A stretch of DNA of 64,000 nt, from contig JAISGX010000036.1 of the NCBI GenBank assembly GCA_031262805.1, forward strand, positions 22,257 to 86,256. The letters are read 5' to 3'. This stretch comes from Verrucomicrobiota bacterium. Its GTDB lineage: Bacteria > Verrucomicrobiota > Kiritimatiellia > CAIQIC01 > Lenti-01. Numbering within the stretch: position 1 is the first letter of the stretch; every line of letters starts with the position of its first letter. Both the position numbers and the translations under genes were made by a program. The notes below the pieces were generated by a model. It was given only the letters and a program-made list of their open reading frames with translations, made no database searches and was not told the origin of the DNA. Positions 38,967 through 47,783 of this stretch are shown in pieces.

Positions 38967-39560
38967 TTATCGTTTAGCCAAGATCATACGGAGCAGTTCT
39001 TCGACGGTTTCCTTTTCACCGATTTGCGTCGATATTTTCCGGACCATTTGTTCCGCATCCCCCACGCGGTAGCCCAAAGAGGTAAGGGCCAGAACCGCAT
39101 CCCGAAGACGGTGGTCTGTAAAAGAGCCTTCCGACGGCGTGGCATCCATCCCCGCCTCATGGCCCAATTTATCGCGCATTTCCAGCACGATTCGCTCCGC
39201 TGTTTTTTTGCCCACGCCGGAAATGCCGCTCAGCCGCTTGATATCGCCCTTGGCCACGGCGCTCTTTAATTCCCGCACGGAAAGGCCACTCAACACGGCT
39301 AGGCCGAGTTTCGGCCCGATGCCGTTCACCGTGGTCAGCAACAGGAAGGCGGAGCGTTCTTCCCCGGACATGAAACCAAACAGCAGATGGGCATCCTCCC
39401 GCACCACCGGAACCGTCAGCAGGCGGAAGGTTTCGCCAACGGCGGGCAGGCGATCATAGCTGTTGACGGAAATAGACGCTTCGTAACCGATGCCGTTGAC
39501 ATTGATCACCGCACGCGTCGGCTCTTTTTCCTCCAGAACGCCTTCCAAAAACACCATCAT
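38967..39560 (-). CDS. ruvA: Holliday junction DNA helicase RuvA
   Basis: VINVNGIGYEA OB-fold, tandem HhH (NGIGPKLGLAVLS, ISGVGKKTAERI), C-terminal domain. Confidence 0.88.
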   Translation of the reverse strand: MMVFLEGVLEEKEPTRAVINVNGIGYEASISVNSYDRLPAVGETFRLLTVPVVREDAHLLFGFMSGEERSAFLLLTTVNGIGPKLGLAVLSGLSVRELKSAVAKGDIKRLSGISGVGKKTAERIVLEMRDKLGHEAGMDATPSEGSFTDHRLRDAVLALTSLGYRVGDAEQMVRKISTQIGEKETVEELLRMILAKR

Positions 39561-39873
39561 CGTTCCATCTCCCGCCGCCTGTTTCTCCGCAGTAAACGCA
39601 GAAACCCGCCGCGCCAACCGGCGCCGGCGGATCCATGCGGTTGTCCGACAAAGCGGACGAATGCCCTCTCGGCAGGACTAAGCCGCAGCTTTTTTGCCCT
39701 GCTGCGCACGCTCTTTCAACCGTTTTTTCCGGCGGTCGCGGGCTTTGCGCTTCACTCTCATTCTCAATTGCTGTCCCATACGTCCGCCCGTGGTAACAAA
39801 CTTCTTCAGTGGAAGTCAAGCCTGCCCCGCTTCTTTTCCGCCGAGAAGAAGCGCTGGACCCTACCGCGCCACC

Positions 39874-40851
39874 TCAACCACGCACCACCGTGAAGGCATC
39901 CGTCTCTCCCCGTCCGGGGTGCGGCGGGGGATGAAGTTCGGTTTTCTTCCCTTCCCACCAGCCCTTCAAGAACGGCCGGACGCCGAACGCTGTTCCCTCC
40001 ACCAGCATCCGGGCCAACAGATACAGATGATGGACGGGACCGGTCAGCCAACGGTAGCGGGCGTGCTTGCGGAAGAATATGGCGCTGCTTTTGCCGTAAT
40101 GCATCCAGAAAAACGGGTTTCGCGTCCCCACCCCCGTGGATTTGGATACCTTGTGCCACATATGCGCCTCCGGGACAAACCGGATGGAAAATCCATTTTC
40201 CCGGGCCCGGATGGACCAATCGTAATCATCATACATTATGAAATAATCCCGGTCCAACAGGCCGGTTTTCTCCAAAAACGGGCGGGTAACCAGTAGGGCG
40301 CAGGTGGTGGCATAGGCCAATTCCCGCTCGCCATCCAATTGGCCGCGGTCCTCTTCCCGCGTCTTGCGCATAACCAAGGCGGGCGGAAACCGCCGGAAGC
40401 GGGAGCCTGCCGACCAAATCACCTTCGGGTCGTCATAATAGTAGATTTTCGGCACCAGGATGCCGGCTTCCGGATGAGCAAGGGCTTCTTTCAGCAGGCA
40501 GGCCAGACAATCGGGCGCCACCACTGTATCGTTGTTGATCATGAAAACGGCATCCGCCCCTTGGGAACAAGCATATTCCATTCCCGCATTAAAACCGCGC
40601 GCAAACCCCACATTCTCCCCTGTTTCCACCACACGAACATGCGGCAGTTCCGCCAGGACCCGGGCCACGGAATCATCCGCGCTTTGGTTGTCGGTAAACA
40701 GAAGGGTAAAGGCGACCCGCTCACTTTGGGATAGACTTTTCAGACACTCCAGTGAATCCTCCGCATGGTTGTAGCCCAGTGTGATCACCCACACATTCCA
40801 CGGGCGGGAATCTTCTTTTTTTTGCTGGTGCATTGCGTCCGTTTGCCTCAT
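39874..40851 (-). CDS. Family-2 glycosyltransferase
   Basis: GT-A fold with a DxD-like region (FTDNQSADDS, FMINNDT). Confidence 0.75.
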   Translation of the reverse strand: MRQTDAMHQQKKEDSRPWNVWVITLGYNHAEDSLECLKSLSQSERVAFTLLFTDNQSADDSVARVLAELPHVRVVETGENVGFARGFNAGMEYACSQGADAVFMINNDTVVAPDCLACLLKEALAHPEAGILVPKIYYYDDPKVIWSAGSRFRRFPPALVMRKTREEDRGQLDGERELAYATTCALLVTRPFLEKTGLLDRDYFIMYDDYDWSIRARENGFSIRFVPEAHMWHKVSKSTGVGTRNPFFWMHYGKSSAIFFRKHARYRWLTGPVHHLYLLARMLVEGTAFGVRPFLKGWWEGKKTELHPPPHPGRGETDAFTVVRG

Positions 40852-40884
40852 ATCTACTCTTCAATTCAAAAGCGACAGCCCGAC

Positions 40885-42036
40885 ATGCCAGGCGTTCTTC
40901 TAACTTCATATTACACTATCCAAAACCCTTCCACGGGAGGCAAGCGCCGAGTTGCAGAACTGGTGCAGGCGCTTCAGCCGGATGTGCATCTGCTGCAACC
41001 TCCGCCAGCTCCACGGGACGCCGCCATCTGCATCTATCCACGGGATTTCGGCCGACGCAAACATGGCATCAACTGGGGCATTTTCAATTTATACTGGCCT
41101 AGCAACCGTCGGGCGGCGCGGCAGGCCGCCCGGCGTCTCCGGCCCGATGTTCTCTTGAACGCCTCCATCTGGTGCCATGATGCTTTTTCAGGGCTGAAGA
41201 TCCCCCGGGTGCTGGATGCACAAAATGTGGATGCCTTGGCGATTGCCGGGCGTTTCGGCTCCACCCACCCGTTTACGCAACTTGTCCGCCGGAAAGAACG
41301 GCAAGCCTGCCTTGAATCCGAACAGATCTTCTGCTGCTCCCAAACCGATGCGGAGGCTTTCCAACGGGAATACGGCCTACCGGAATCCAAACTGACGGTG
41401 GCCCCAAATGGCGTGCGCCTGCCGGAACAACCGGCGGAGGACCCATTGGCGAATCAAACGGCGGCCGAACTGGCCGGGCAGATCAAACTATTCTTCATGG
41501 GCAAACTGGACTATGCCCCAAATGAGGAAGCCCTTGCTTTTCTGGCGGAATTCCTCCTGCCGGAACTGGAACGCCGTCTGCCTGGAAAAGTGGTCTGCCT
41601 AGTGAGCGGCGGGCCCGGCCTGCCTGCGGGCGTTTGGCACCCTGCGCTTCGCTACATCGGCCGTGTCCCGGATGTGGCGCCATGGCTTGCCCTGGCGGAT
41701 GTCTGTCTTGCCCCCGTCTTCAGCGGATCCGGCACCCGACTGAAGGTATTGGAATATTTCGCGGCGGGGAAACCGGTGGTGGCCACCGCCAAAGCGGTGG
41801 AAGGCCTGGATGTACAGGATGGGCGCGAATTCCGGCTCGCGGAACGGAACCATTTTGCCGAAGTGCTACTTCATCTCCTCCACTCCCTCCCGCAGGCCTC
41901 AGAAATGGCCGCCCGCGCTCGGCAATTGGTTCAGGCCCGATATTCCTGGGACCAAACGGCCCGCATCTGGCAAGCCGGCCTGGCCCCCTTCCTTCCATCC
42001 GCCGGCCACGGCCATGCCCAAGGAGCTTTCCGGTGA
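40885..42036 (+). CDS. Family-4 (GT-B) glycosyltransferase
   Basis: C-terminal GT1/GT4 signature: ADVCLAPVFSGSGTRLKVLEYFAAGKPVVAT. Start at MPGVLL (40885). Confidence 0.75.
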   Translation: MPGVLLTSYYTIQNPSTGGKRRVAELVQALQPDVHLLQPPPAPRDAAICIYPRDFGRRKHGINWGIFNLYWPSNRRAARQAARRLRPDVLLNASIWCHDAFSGLKIPRVLDAQNVDALAIAGRFGSTHPFTQLVRRKERQACLESEQIFCCSQTDAEAFQREYGLPESKLTVAPNGVRLPEQPAEDPLANQTAAELAGQIKLFFMGKLDYAPNEEALAFLAEFLLPELERRLPGKVVCLVSGGPGLPAGVWHPALRYIGRVPDVAPWLALADVCLAPVFSGSGTRLKVLEYFAAGKPVVATAKAVEGLDVQDGREFRLAERNHFAEVLLHLLHSLPQASEMAARARQLVQARYSWDQTARIWQAGLAPFLPSAGHGHAQGAFR

Positions 42037-42914
42037 ATCCAACGCCCGTCGTCTCCATCCTCATTCCAAGTGATGGCCGGGCCAGCCTCCGGGATACACT
42101 GGCTTCCATCGGTGCTTCGCGAAATGCCCCCGACCACGAAATCATTCTGGTTGGCCGCCTGCCGGATGGAATGGAGACGCCCATCCCCTTCGTCCATTTC
42201 ATTGCCTGCACCGGCATGGGCACCGGCGCCATGCGCAATATGGCGGTTTCCCATGCCAAGGGGGATTTATTTTTATTTACGGATTCGGATTGCATTGTGG
42301 ATCCGGATTGGATGGCCCGCGCCGCCCGTTCCTGCACGCCGGAGCGGCCGGTGGTGGCCGGCGGCATCCGGTTTCCGGAGACGAACCCCTGGGACTGCGG
42401 CGACAATCTGGCCATCTTCCACGCCACCCATGTGTCCCAGCGGGCGGGACGCGCCCATGGGCATGTCGGCACCAACAACCTAGCGGTTCGCCGGGAAGTG
42501 TTCTCCACCCTGGGGGGGTTCGACATCAGCCTGACGGTCGGCGAGGATGGTGATTTCTTGGCCCGTGCGGCCAAAGCCGGTTATCCCGCTTTTTTTGACC
42601 CCTCTTTTGCTGTCCGCCACCAGAGCAACCGTGAAACGCAAACCCAGGTCCAAGCGCATGCCGCATGGTATGCCTCGGGATATGTCAACCTATTGCGCAG
42701 CGGCATTCTGCCGCATGGAAAAATCCGGGCCGAATCCATTTTACCGCGACATCCCCGCATGGCGTCCGTGTGGAGCGGACTGAAGGCCACCCTCGCCCTA
42801 GCCCGGATTGTGCTCCCCCACCCCGCCTTCTGGCGATACCGCCGTTCCTTCGCGGCAGCTTGGATCTTCCTGTATGCACGGCGGCGAGCCGTTTTTCGCC
42901 TGCTGGCGGAATAA
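42033..42914 (+). CDS. Family-2 glycosyltransferase (GTG start overlapping the upstream stop, GTGA)
   Basis: VNPTPVVSILIPSDGRASL...FTDSDCIVDPDW...GEDGDF. In frame with table ORF 41634, but the plausible start is the GTG at 42033. Confidence 0.65.
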   Translation: MNPTPVVSILIPSDGRASLRDTLASIGASRNAPDHEIILVGRLPDGMETPIPFVHFIACTGMGTGAMRNMAVSHAKGDLFLFTDSDCIVDPDWMARAARSCTPERPVVAGGIRFPETNPWDCGDNLAIFHATHVSQRAGRAHGHVGTNNLAVRREVFSTLGGFDISLTVGEDGDFLARAAKAGYPAFFDPSFAVRHQSNRETQTQVQAHAAWYASGYVNLLRSGILPHGKIRAESILPRHPRMASVWSGLKATLALARIVLPHPAFWRYRRSFAAAWIFLYARRRAVFRLLAE

Positions 42915-42920
42915 CGGCAC

Positions 42921-42952
42921 AAAAAAAGCCGTAGCATCCGCTACGGCTTTGC
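42921..42952. terminator. Bidirectional terminator between the GT2 gene and hup
   Basis: AAAAAAA-GCCGTAGC-ATCC-GCTACGGC-TTTG, a 9-bp stem flanked by A- and T-runs. Confidence 0.75.
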
Positions 42953-42969
42953 CTCATCCACGTGGATGA

Positions 42970-43257
42970 TTATTTGCCGAGGATGGCATCCTTGGCGACT
43001 TTGGCCACGCGGAACTTCACGACCTTCTTGGCCGGAATCTTGATCTGTTCGCCAGTCGCGGGGTTGCGGCCCATGCGAGCTTTGCGGCTCACGAGAACGA
43101 GCTTGCCCAAGCCGGGAACAGTGAAACCATTTTTCGCATTTTTGTACGCCAAAGCCGAGAGAGCTTCCAACGCCGCGCCAGCCTGCTTCTTGCTGATGTC
43201 AGCCTTTTCCGCCACAGCCGCCACGATTTGGCTCTTTGTCAATGCCTTTGCTGCCAT
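42970..43257 (-). CDS. hup: HU-family DNA-binding protein
   Basis: MAAKALTKSQIVAAVAEKADISKKQAGAALEAL...GFTVPGLGKL...RNPATGEQIKIPAKKVVKFR. Confidence 0.92.
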   Translation of the reverse strand: MAAKALTKSQIVAAVAEKADISKKQAGAALEALSALAYKNAKNGFTVPGLGKLVLVSRKARMGRNPATGEQIKIPAKKVVKFRVAKVAKDAILGK

Positions 43258-43417
43258 AACTCATTACTCCTTGTTTATTTCTTCGTTTCTAAAATGGGCT
43301 CTTACCTCGTAATTTCCCTATATCCGTTGCGCGTTATGCGCTAATTCGCTTTGAAAAGCAATACTATTTCGCGGTTTTCCCATGAATTATTTTCATTCCG
43401 TTGGATGGTTTTCTGCT

Positions 43418-44230
43418 TTACATCACAGGGGCGGCCGGCGCGGCGCTCATTTCCAATACCAGGATGTGGGATTTTCCGATGGCCTGAATCGACAGGGTCT
43501 CCTCCGTGCTTTCCAATGCATCGCCGGGGTGTAGCGGCAAACCGTTGATCTGCGCCTCTCCTTCCATTTGAACCAAATAGGCCTGGCGTCCTTCCTCCAC
43601 TTCGAAGGCGATGTCCTTCCCGGCATCCACCTCCACGGCATAGATATTGATGTCCTGATGGATGTTGACCGCCGCGCCGCCCCCGATCCCTGAGACCATA
43701 TGCAGCCATTTTCCCTGCCGTTTGGCCCATTCGAACCGATGGTCGCCATACTTGGGACGATAGCTTTTCCGATCAGGGAAAATCCAGATCTGCAGCATGT
43801 GGAGTTCCTCCTCCGCATGGTTGTGTTCACTGTGAAACACACCGGTGCCTGCGCTCATATACTGCATCTCTCCGCGTTTCAGGATCCGTTCGTTGCCCAT
43901 GCTGTCGCGGTGGGTCAATTCTCCCTTGATGACATAGGTGACGATTTCCATGTCTCGGTGCGGATGCAGATCGAACCCGGAGGACGGCGCAATATAGTCG
44001 TCGTTCAGCACCCGGAGCACGCCGAAGTGCATGTTCGAGGGGTTATAATATTCTGCGAAAGAGAAATGGAAATGACTCTGCAGCCAACCCAGATCGCTTT
44101 TGCCCAGTTGATTGACATCTCTATACTTGATCACGATTCGCTCTCCTTCTTTCTGTGGGGTGAATAAACTGTTCCCGCGCTTGTCGCGCTTCCACCGTCT
44201 GCCCAATGTTCGAATGGATGACCAGCTCAT
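43418..44230 (-). CDS. Pirin-family cupin protein
   Basis: GWLQSHFHFSFAEYYNP...HPHRDMEIVTYVIKGELTHRDSMGN...FHSEHN. Confidence 0.8.
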   Translation of the reverse strand: MSWSSIRTLGRRWKRDKRGNSLFTPQKEGERIVIKYRDVNQLGKSDLGWLQSHFHFSFAEYYNPSNMHFGVLRVLNDDYIAPSSGFDLHPHRDMEIVTYVIKGELTHRDSMGNERILKRGEMQYMSAGTGVFHSEHNHAEEELHMLQIWIFPDRKSYRPKYGDHRFEWAKRQGKWLHMVSGIGGGAAVNIHQDINIYAVEVDAGKDIAFEVEEGRQAYLVQMEGEAQINGLPLHPGDALESTEETLSIQAIGKSHILVLEMSAAPAAPVM

Positions 44231-44835
44231 ACTTTTTTCTCCCTGCGGGTTAAGGTAGCGGCAATGGAGGGCTCCCAACAGGCTCCTGCCAATTCGTTTT
44301 CAATCGGGGCATGCTCGTTTTGAGCGCCGACAATGGAGGAGGCGCCATACGGCGGTTCGCCGCCGCCTCCGTCCCGCTCCATCCCGTAAAAGAAAACAGA
44401 AAGCCCACCATGATCATGCCGTGACAAAACCATGGAATATGAAACGACAGGAGCGTGAATTCCCGGCCGCCGCGCTGGGCGCTGGAACCTGTAAACACGC
44501 TTCCCGCCTCGCCCACGAGCGTGCCATGCGCCCACAACTCGCCGAATGCCCAAAAACAGGCCCATCTGGCCGGATATATTCCCGAAGCGGGCGGGAGCGC
44601 CGAAAGGAATGGCATTCGCCCCAATCATGTTTCCCTTGGAACACACAGGCACCAGAGGAGTGGCCTTCCAGGGCTCTTCCACTTGCGTGGCCTGAATGAC
44701 ATTCGGCGGCAGGGTTTCAGGGCCACGCCGAAGAATGGCCTCGGCTCCGGAGCCTTCGTGTACCGCCGCCGCAATGGCCTGCGCCATGGGGTGAATATGC
44801 CCATACAGGGAATGGCAAATAGCCAATATCGTCAC
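44227..44835 (-). pseudogene. wrbA: wrbA-like NAD(P)H:quinone oxidoreductase (flavodoxin fold) disrupted by two frameshifts
   Basis: N-terminus MTILAICHSLYGHIHPMAQAIAAAV and C-terminus PYGASSIVGA match WrbA in one frame. The central WrbA segment (GELWAHGTLVGEAGSVFTGSSAQRGGREFTLLSFHIPWFCHGMIMV ~ [29 protein letters not shown]...LAHHGMVIV) is in a different frame (table ORF 44250..44624). Confidence 0.55.
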
Positions 44836-45051
44836 ACGCTTCCTTTCGCTTTTTTCTTATATTATGAATTTATTATATGCGAAATGTCAGATCAAGAGAA
44901 AATTTCACGTTATTTATCCATAAATTCTTTCGAAATAATTTGTAATTAGTTCATAATAAAGGAAATATATTTATTAGAGATTTATTTATTTCTTTTGCTT
45001 CTTTTCGGGCTGGACTTTTGATTCCAGATAAAAGAGGCTGAACGCCTCTTC
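44836..45051. promoter_or_regulatory. Strongly AT-rich (~25% GC) intergenic region upstream of the efflux operon
   Basis: By far the lowest-GC non-coding stretch in the window. A/T tracts and an AGAGGC-TGAAC-GCCTCT inverted repeat just before the outer-membrane-factor gene start. Confidence 0.35.
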
Positions 45052-46578
45052 ATGGACAGGAAAGGATTGGATAACATGCGCCGGGTGAATCGAAAATGGA
45101 CGCGTTGGAGCACTTGCGCGGGAGTTGCCGCTGGATGCCTGTGGATGACGGGCTGCCTGTCCGTAGGGCCGGATTATCATCCCCCCGCGACTCCCGTACC
45201 GGAGGAGTGGCAGACGCCTCTTGCCCCATCTGCGGATGCCGCCGCGCCCATGGCGGAATGGTGGACAGTTTTTGGAGACCTCCAGCTGGAGGCCATCGTC
45301 CGTGCTGTACGGACAAACAACATGGACCTAGCCGCCGCCCTCGCACGGATGGATGCTCTCGCGGCCCAATACGGCATGGCCCGTTCCGCCCTTCTGCCCT
45401 CCGTTTCCGGTGTGGGCGGCGTGACGTGGGACCGCCAAACGGAGCGAGTGCATGTTGCAACGGACTACCCGGATAATCCGGCATGGCTTTATCAAGCCGG
45501 TTTTTCCATGCAATGGGAACTGGATGTGTGGGGACGCATCCGCCGGAGCATGGAGGCGGCGCGGGGGACATTGGATGCCTCGGTGGAGGATCTGCGCCAC
45601 CTGCTGGTCATGCTCCAGGCCCAGGCCGCCGTGGAATACATCACGTTGCGCACTCGCCAGCAGCAGTTGGTTTTTGCCGAACAAAACATCGCCCTGCAGG
45701 AAAAAACCGTCGCCTTGACCCGCGGACGCTATGACGCGGGGCTGACCAGTGAGCTGGATGTCCACCAATCGGAAATGAATCTGGCCGCTACCCGGGCGCA
45801 GATTCCGCAATTACGGGCCGACCTGACGGATTCGCTCAACATGCTGTGCCTGCTGAGCGGCCGACTGCCCGGAACTTGGGAGGAATTGCGCGCCCATGCC
45901 CCCATTCCCTATGCAGAAGCCCTGCCTGAGATGCTCCCGGCCGACCTGCTACGCCGTCGGCCGGATATCCGCTCCGCCGAGCGCCAACTGGCCGCCCAAA
46001 CCGCCCGAATCGGAGTGGCCAAGGCCGATTTCCTCCCCAAATTCGCCCTGAACGGCTCTTTTGCCTATGCCGCGACGGATAGCGGAGAGCTCTGGAAAAC
46101 ACCCGCCCAGAATTTCTCCATCGGCCCCAGCGTGGATTGGGCGCTCTTCACGGCTGGCCGGGTCCGCAACAACGTCCGCCGGGAGCAAGCCACCACCCGC
46201 GCCGTTCTCGCCCAATATGAACAAGCCGTCCTCGCGGCCTACCAGGAATGCGAATCCGCCCTCTCCGCGCACGTTCACAGCACGAAAACGTTGGCGGAAA
46301 TCCGAACCGCAGCGGCTTCTGCCGCCAAATCCGTGGAGCTGGCGGAAACCCTGTACCGCAATGGACTCACCAATTTCCAAAATGTCCTGGACATGCAGCG
46401 CCAGCTGGCGCAGTACCAGGACGCCCAAGCCCAGTGCATGGGGGCGGTGGCCGCCAACCTAGTCGCCGTATACAAGGCCTTCGGTGGCGGCTGGACGCCG
46501 GATGCCTTGCTGAATGAGGACATGGCACGGGTGGAACAACAGGATATCGAAGCGAGTGAACAGGAGCAGGCGGAATGA
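45052..46578 (+). CDS. Efflux outer-membrane factor lipoprotein (NodT/OprM family)
   Basis: Lipobox LWMTGC, PDYHPP, paired alpha-helical/beta-barrel repeats. Confidence 0.85.
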   Translation: MDRKGLDNMRRVNRKWTRWSTCAGVAAGCLWMTGCLSVGPDYHPPATPVPEEWQTPLAPSADAAAPMAEWWTVFGDLQLEAIVRAVRTNNMDLAAALARMDALAAQYGMARSALLPSVSGVGGVTWDRQTERVHVATDYPDNPAWLYQAGFSMQWELDVWGRIRRSMEAARGTLDASVEDLRHLLVMLQAQAAVEYITLRTRQQQLVFAEQNIALQEKTVALTRGRYDAGLTSELDVHQSEMNLAATRAQIPQLRADLTDSLNMLCLLSGRLPGTWEELRAHAPIPYAEALPEMLPADLLRRRPDIRSAERQLAAQTARIGVAKADFLPKFALNGSFAYAATDSGELWKTPAQNFSIGPSVDWALFTAGRVRNNVRREQATTRAVLAQYEQAVLAAYQECESALSAHVHSTKTLAEIRTAAASAAKSVELAETLYRNGLTNFQNVLDMQRQLAQYQDAQAQCMGAVAANLVAVYKAFGGGWTPDALLNEDMARVEQQDIEASEQEQAE

Positions 46579-47783
46579 AAAAGAATATAAATGTCATCGG
46601 GCGCGCGGTCGGCATCGTGTTGTTATGCGCGGCAGTGGCCGCCGTCTTCCTATATAAGAGCGATCAAAAGCCGCCGGAGCTCCCACAGCCGGTCCGCCCC
46701 GTCAAGAGCTTTTTGGTTGGCTCCGAACGGGAAGTGCCCAAATTATACTTTCCGGGCACCATGGATGCCGAAACCGGCGTGGCCCTTTCCTTCGAAGTGT
46801 CGGGACGGCTGATCGAATTTCCCGTCCAGCGCGGACAACGGGTGAAAAAAGACGCTGTTCTGGCTCGACTGGACGATCGCGATTTCCAAAACCAGGTGAA
46901 AAACGCCCAGGCCGATGTGGACTTGGCCCAAAGCACCCTCGCCCGCATTGAAAATGCATTGAAGCTCAATGCCGTTTCCCAAGAAGATTATTCCCGCGCC
47001 AAGGCCGACCTCGACAAAGCACAGGCCCAGCTGGACATCCGGCGCAAGGCCCTGGAAGACACCACCCTGACCGCCCGCTTCGACGGCGTGATTGCCGACA
47101 CCTATGTGGACAATTTCGACACCATCGCCGCAGGCAACCCCGTGCTGAAACTGCAAAACGTCCAAGTGCTGAACTTGGTGGTTTCCGTGCCGGAAAGCTA
47201 TGTGCTCCAATCCACCGAAGACCGCTGGCGAAAATGGACGTTCTCCGCCCAGTTCGATGCCCTTCCCGGGCGGAGCTTCCCCGTTGAATTGAAGGAATTC
47301 GCCTCCACGGCCGATGCCATCACCCAGACCTACCGCGCCACCTTCACCATGAAGGCACAGCCGGATCTGTTGATTCTGCCCGGCATGAGCGGCACCGTGG
47401 TCGCCAGCTTACCGGAAGAAGATGTCCTAGATGCCGCCGTGCAGGTGCCTTCCGATGCCGTGGGCATCTCCAGCGACGGTTCCGCCTTCGTCTGGGTGCT
47501 GGAAGACCATGGCGAGGGCACCTATATCACCCGGCAGCGGATCGTGACGCCGAGTGAGCGTGCGGGAACATGGCTCGGCATTTCCTCCGGGCTGGCCAAG
47601 GGCGAGCAAATCGCCGCCGCCGGCATCAGTGTTCTGACGCAAGGGCGTGTGGTCCGCCGGCTGGAGGACGATCCGGCCGCCCTAGTCGCCTCCGATCCCA
47701 CCAGCCCCACCCAACCCGGCGAACCGATGATTTCCCGAGACGTGCAAGCCCTGGACGCCGCCGCAGCGGAGGATGCTCCATGA
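46575..47783 (+). CDS. RND efflux periplasmic adaptor (membrane fusion protein)
   Basis: N-terminal TM, coiled-coil hairpin, biotinyl-like and beta-barrel domains. ATGA overlaps at both ends. Confidence 0.85.
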   Translation: MKKNINVIGRAVGIVLLCAAVAAVFLYKSDQKPPELPQPVRPVKSFLVGSEREVPKLYFPGTMDAETGVALSFEVSGRLIEFPVQRGQRVKKDAVLARLDDRDFQNQVKNAQADVDLAQSTLARIENALKLNAVSQEDYSRAKADLDKAQAQLDIRRKALEDTTLTARFDGVIADTYVDNFDTIAAGNPVLKLQNVQVLNLVVSVPESYVLQSTEDRWRKWTFSAQFDALPGRSFPVELKEFASTADAITQTYRATFTMKAQPDLLILPGMSGTVVASLPEEDVLDAAVQVPSDAVGISSDGSAFVWVLEDHGEGTYITRQRIVTPSERAGTWLGISSGLAKGEQIAAAGISVLTQGRVVRRLEDDPAALVASDPTSPTQPGEPMISRDVQALDAAAAEDAP

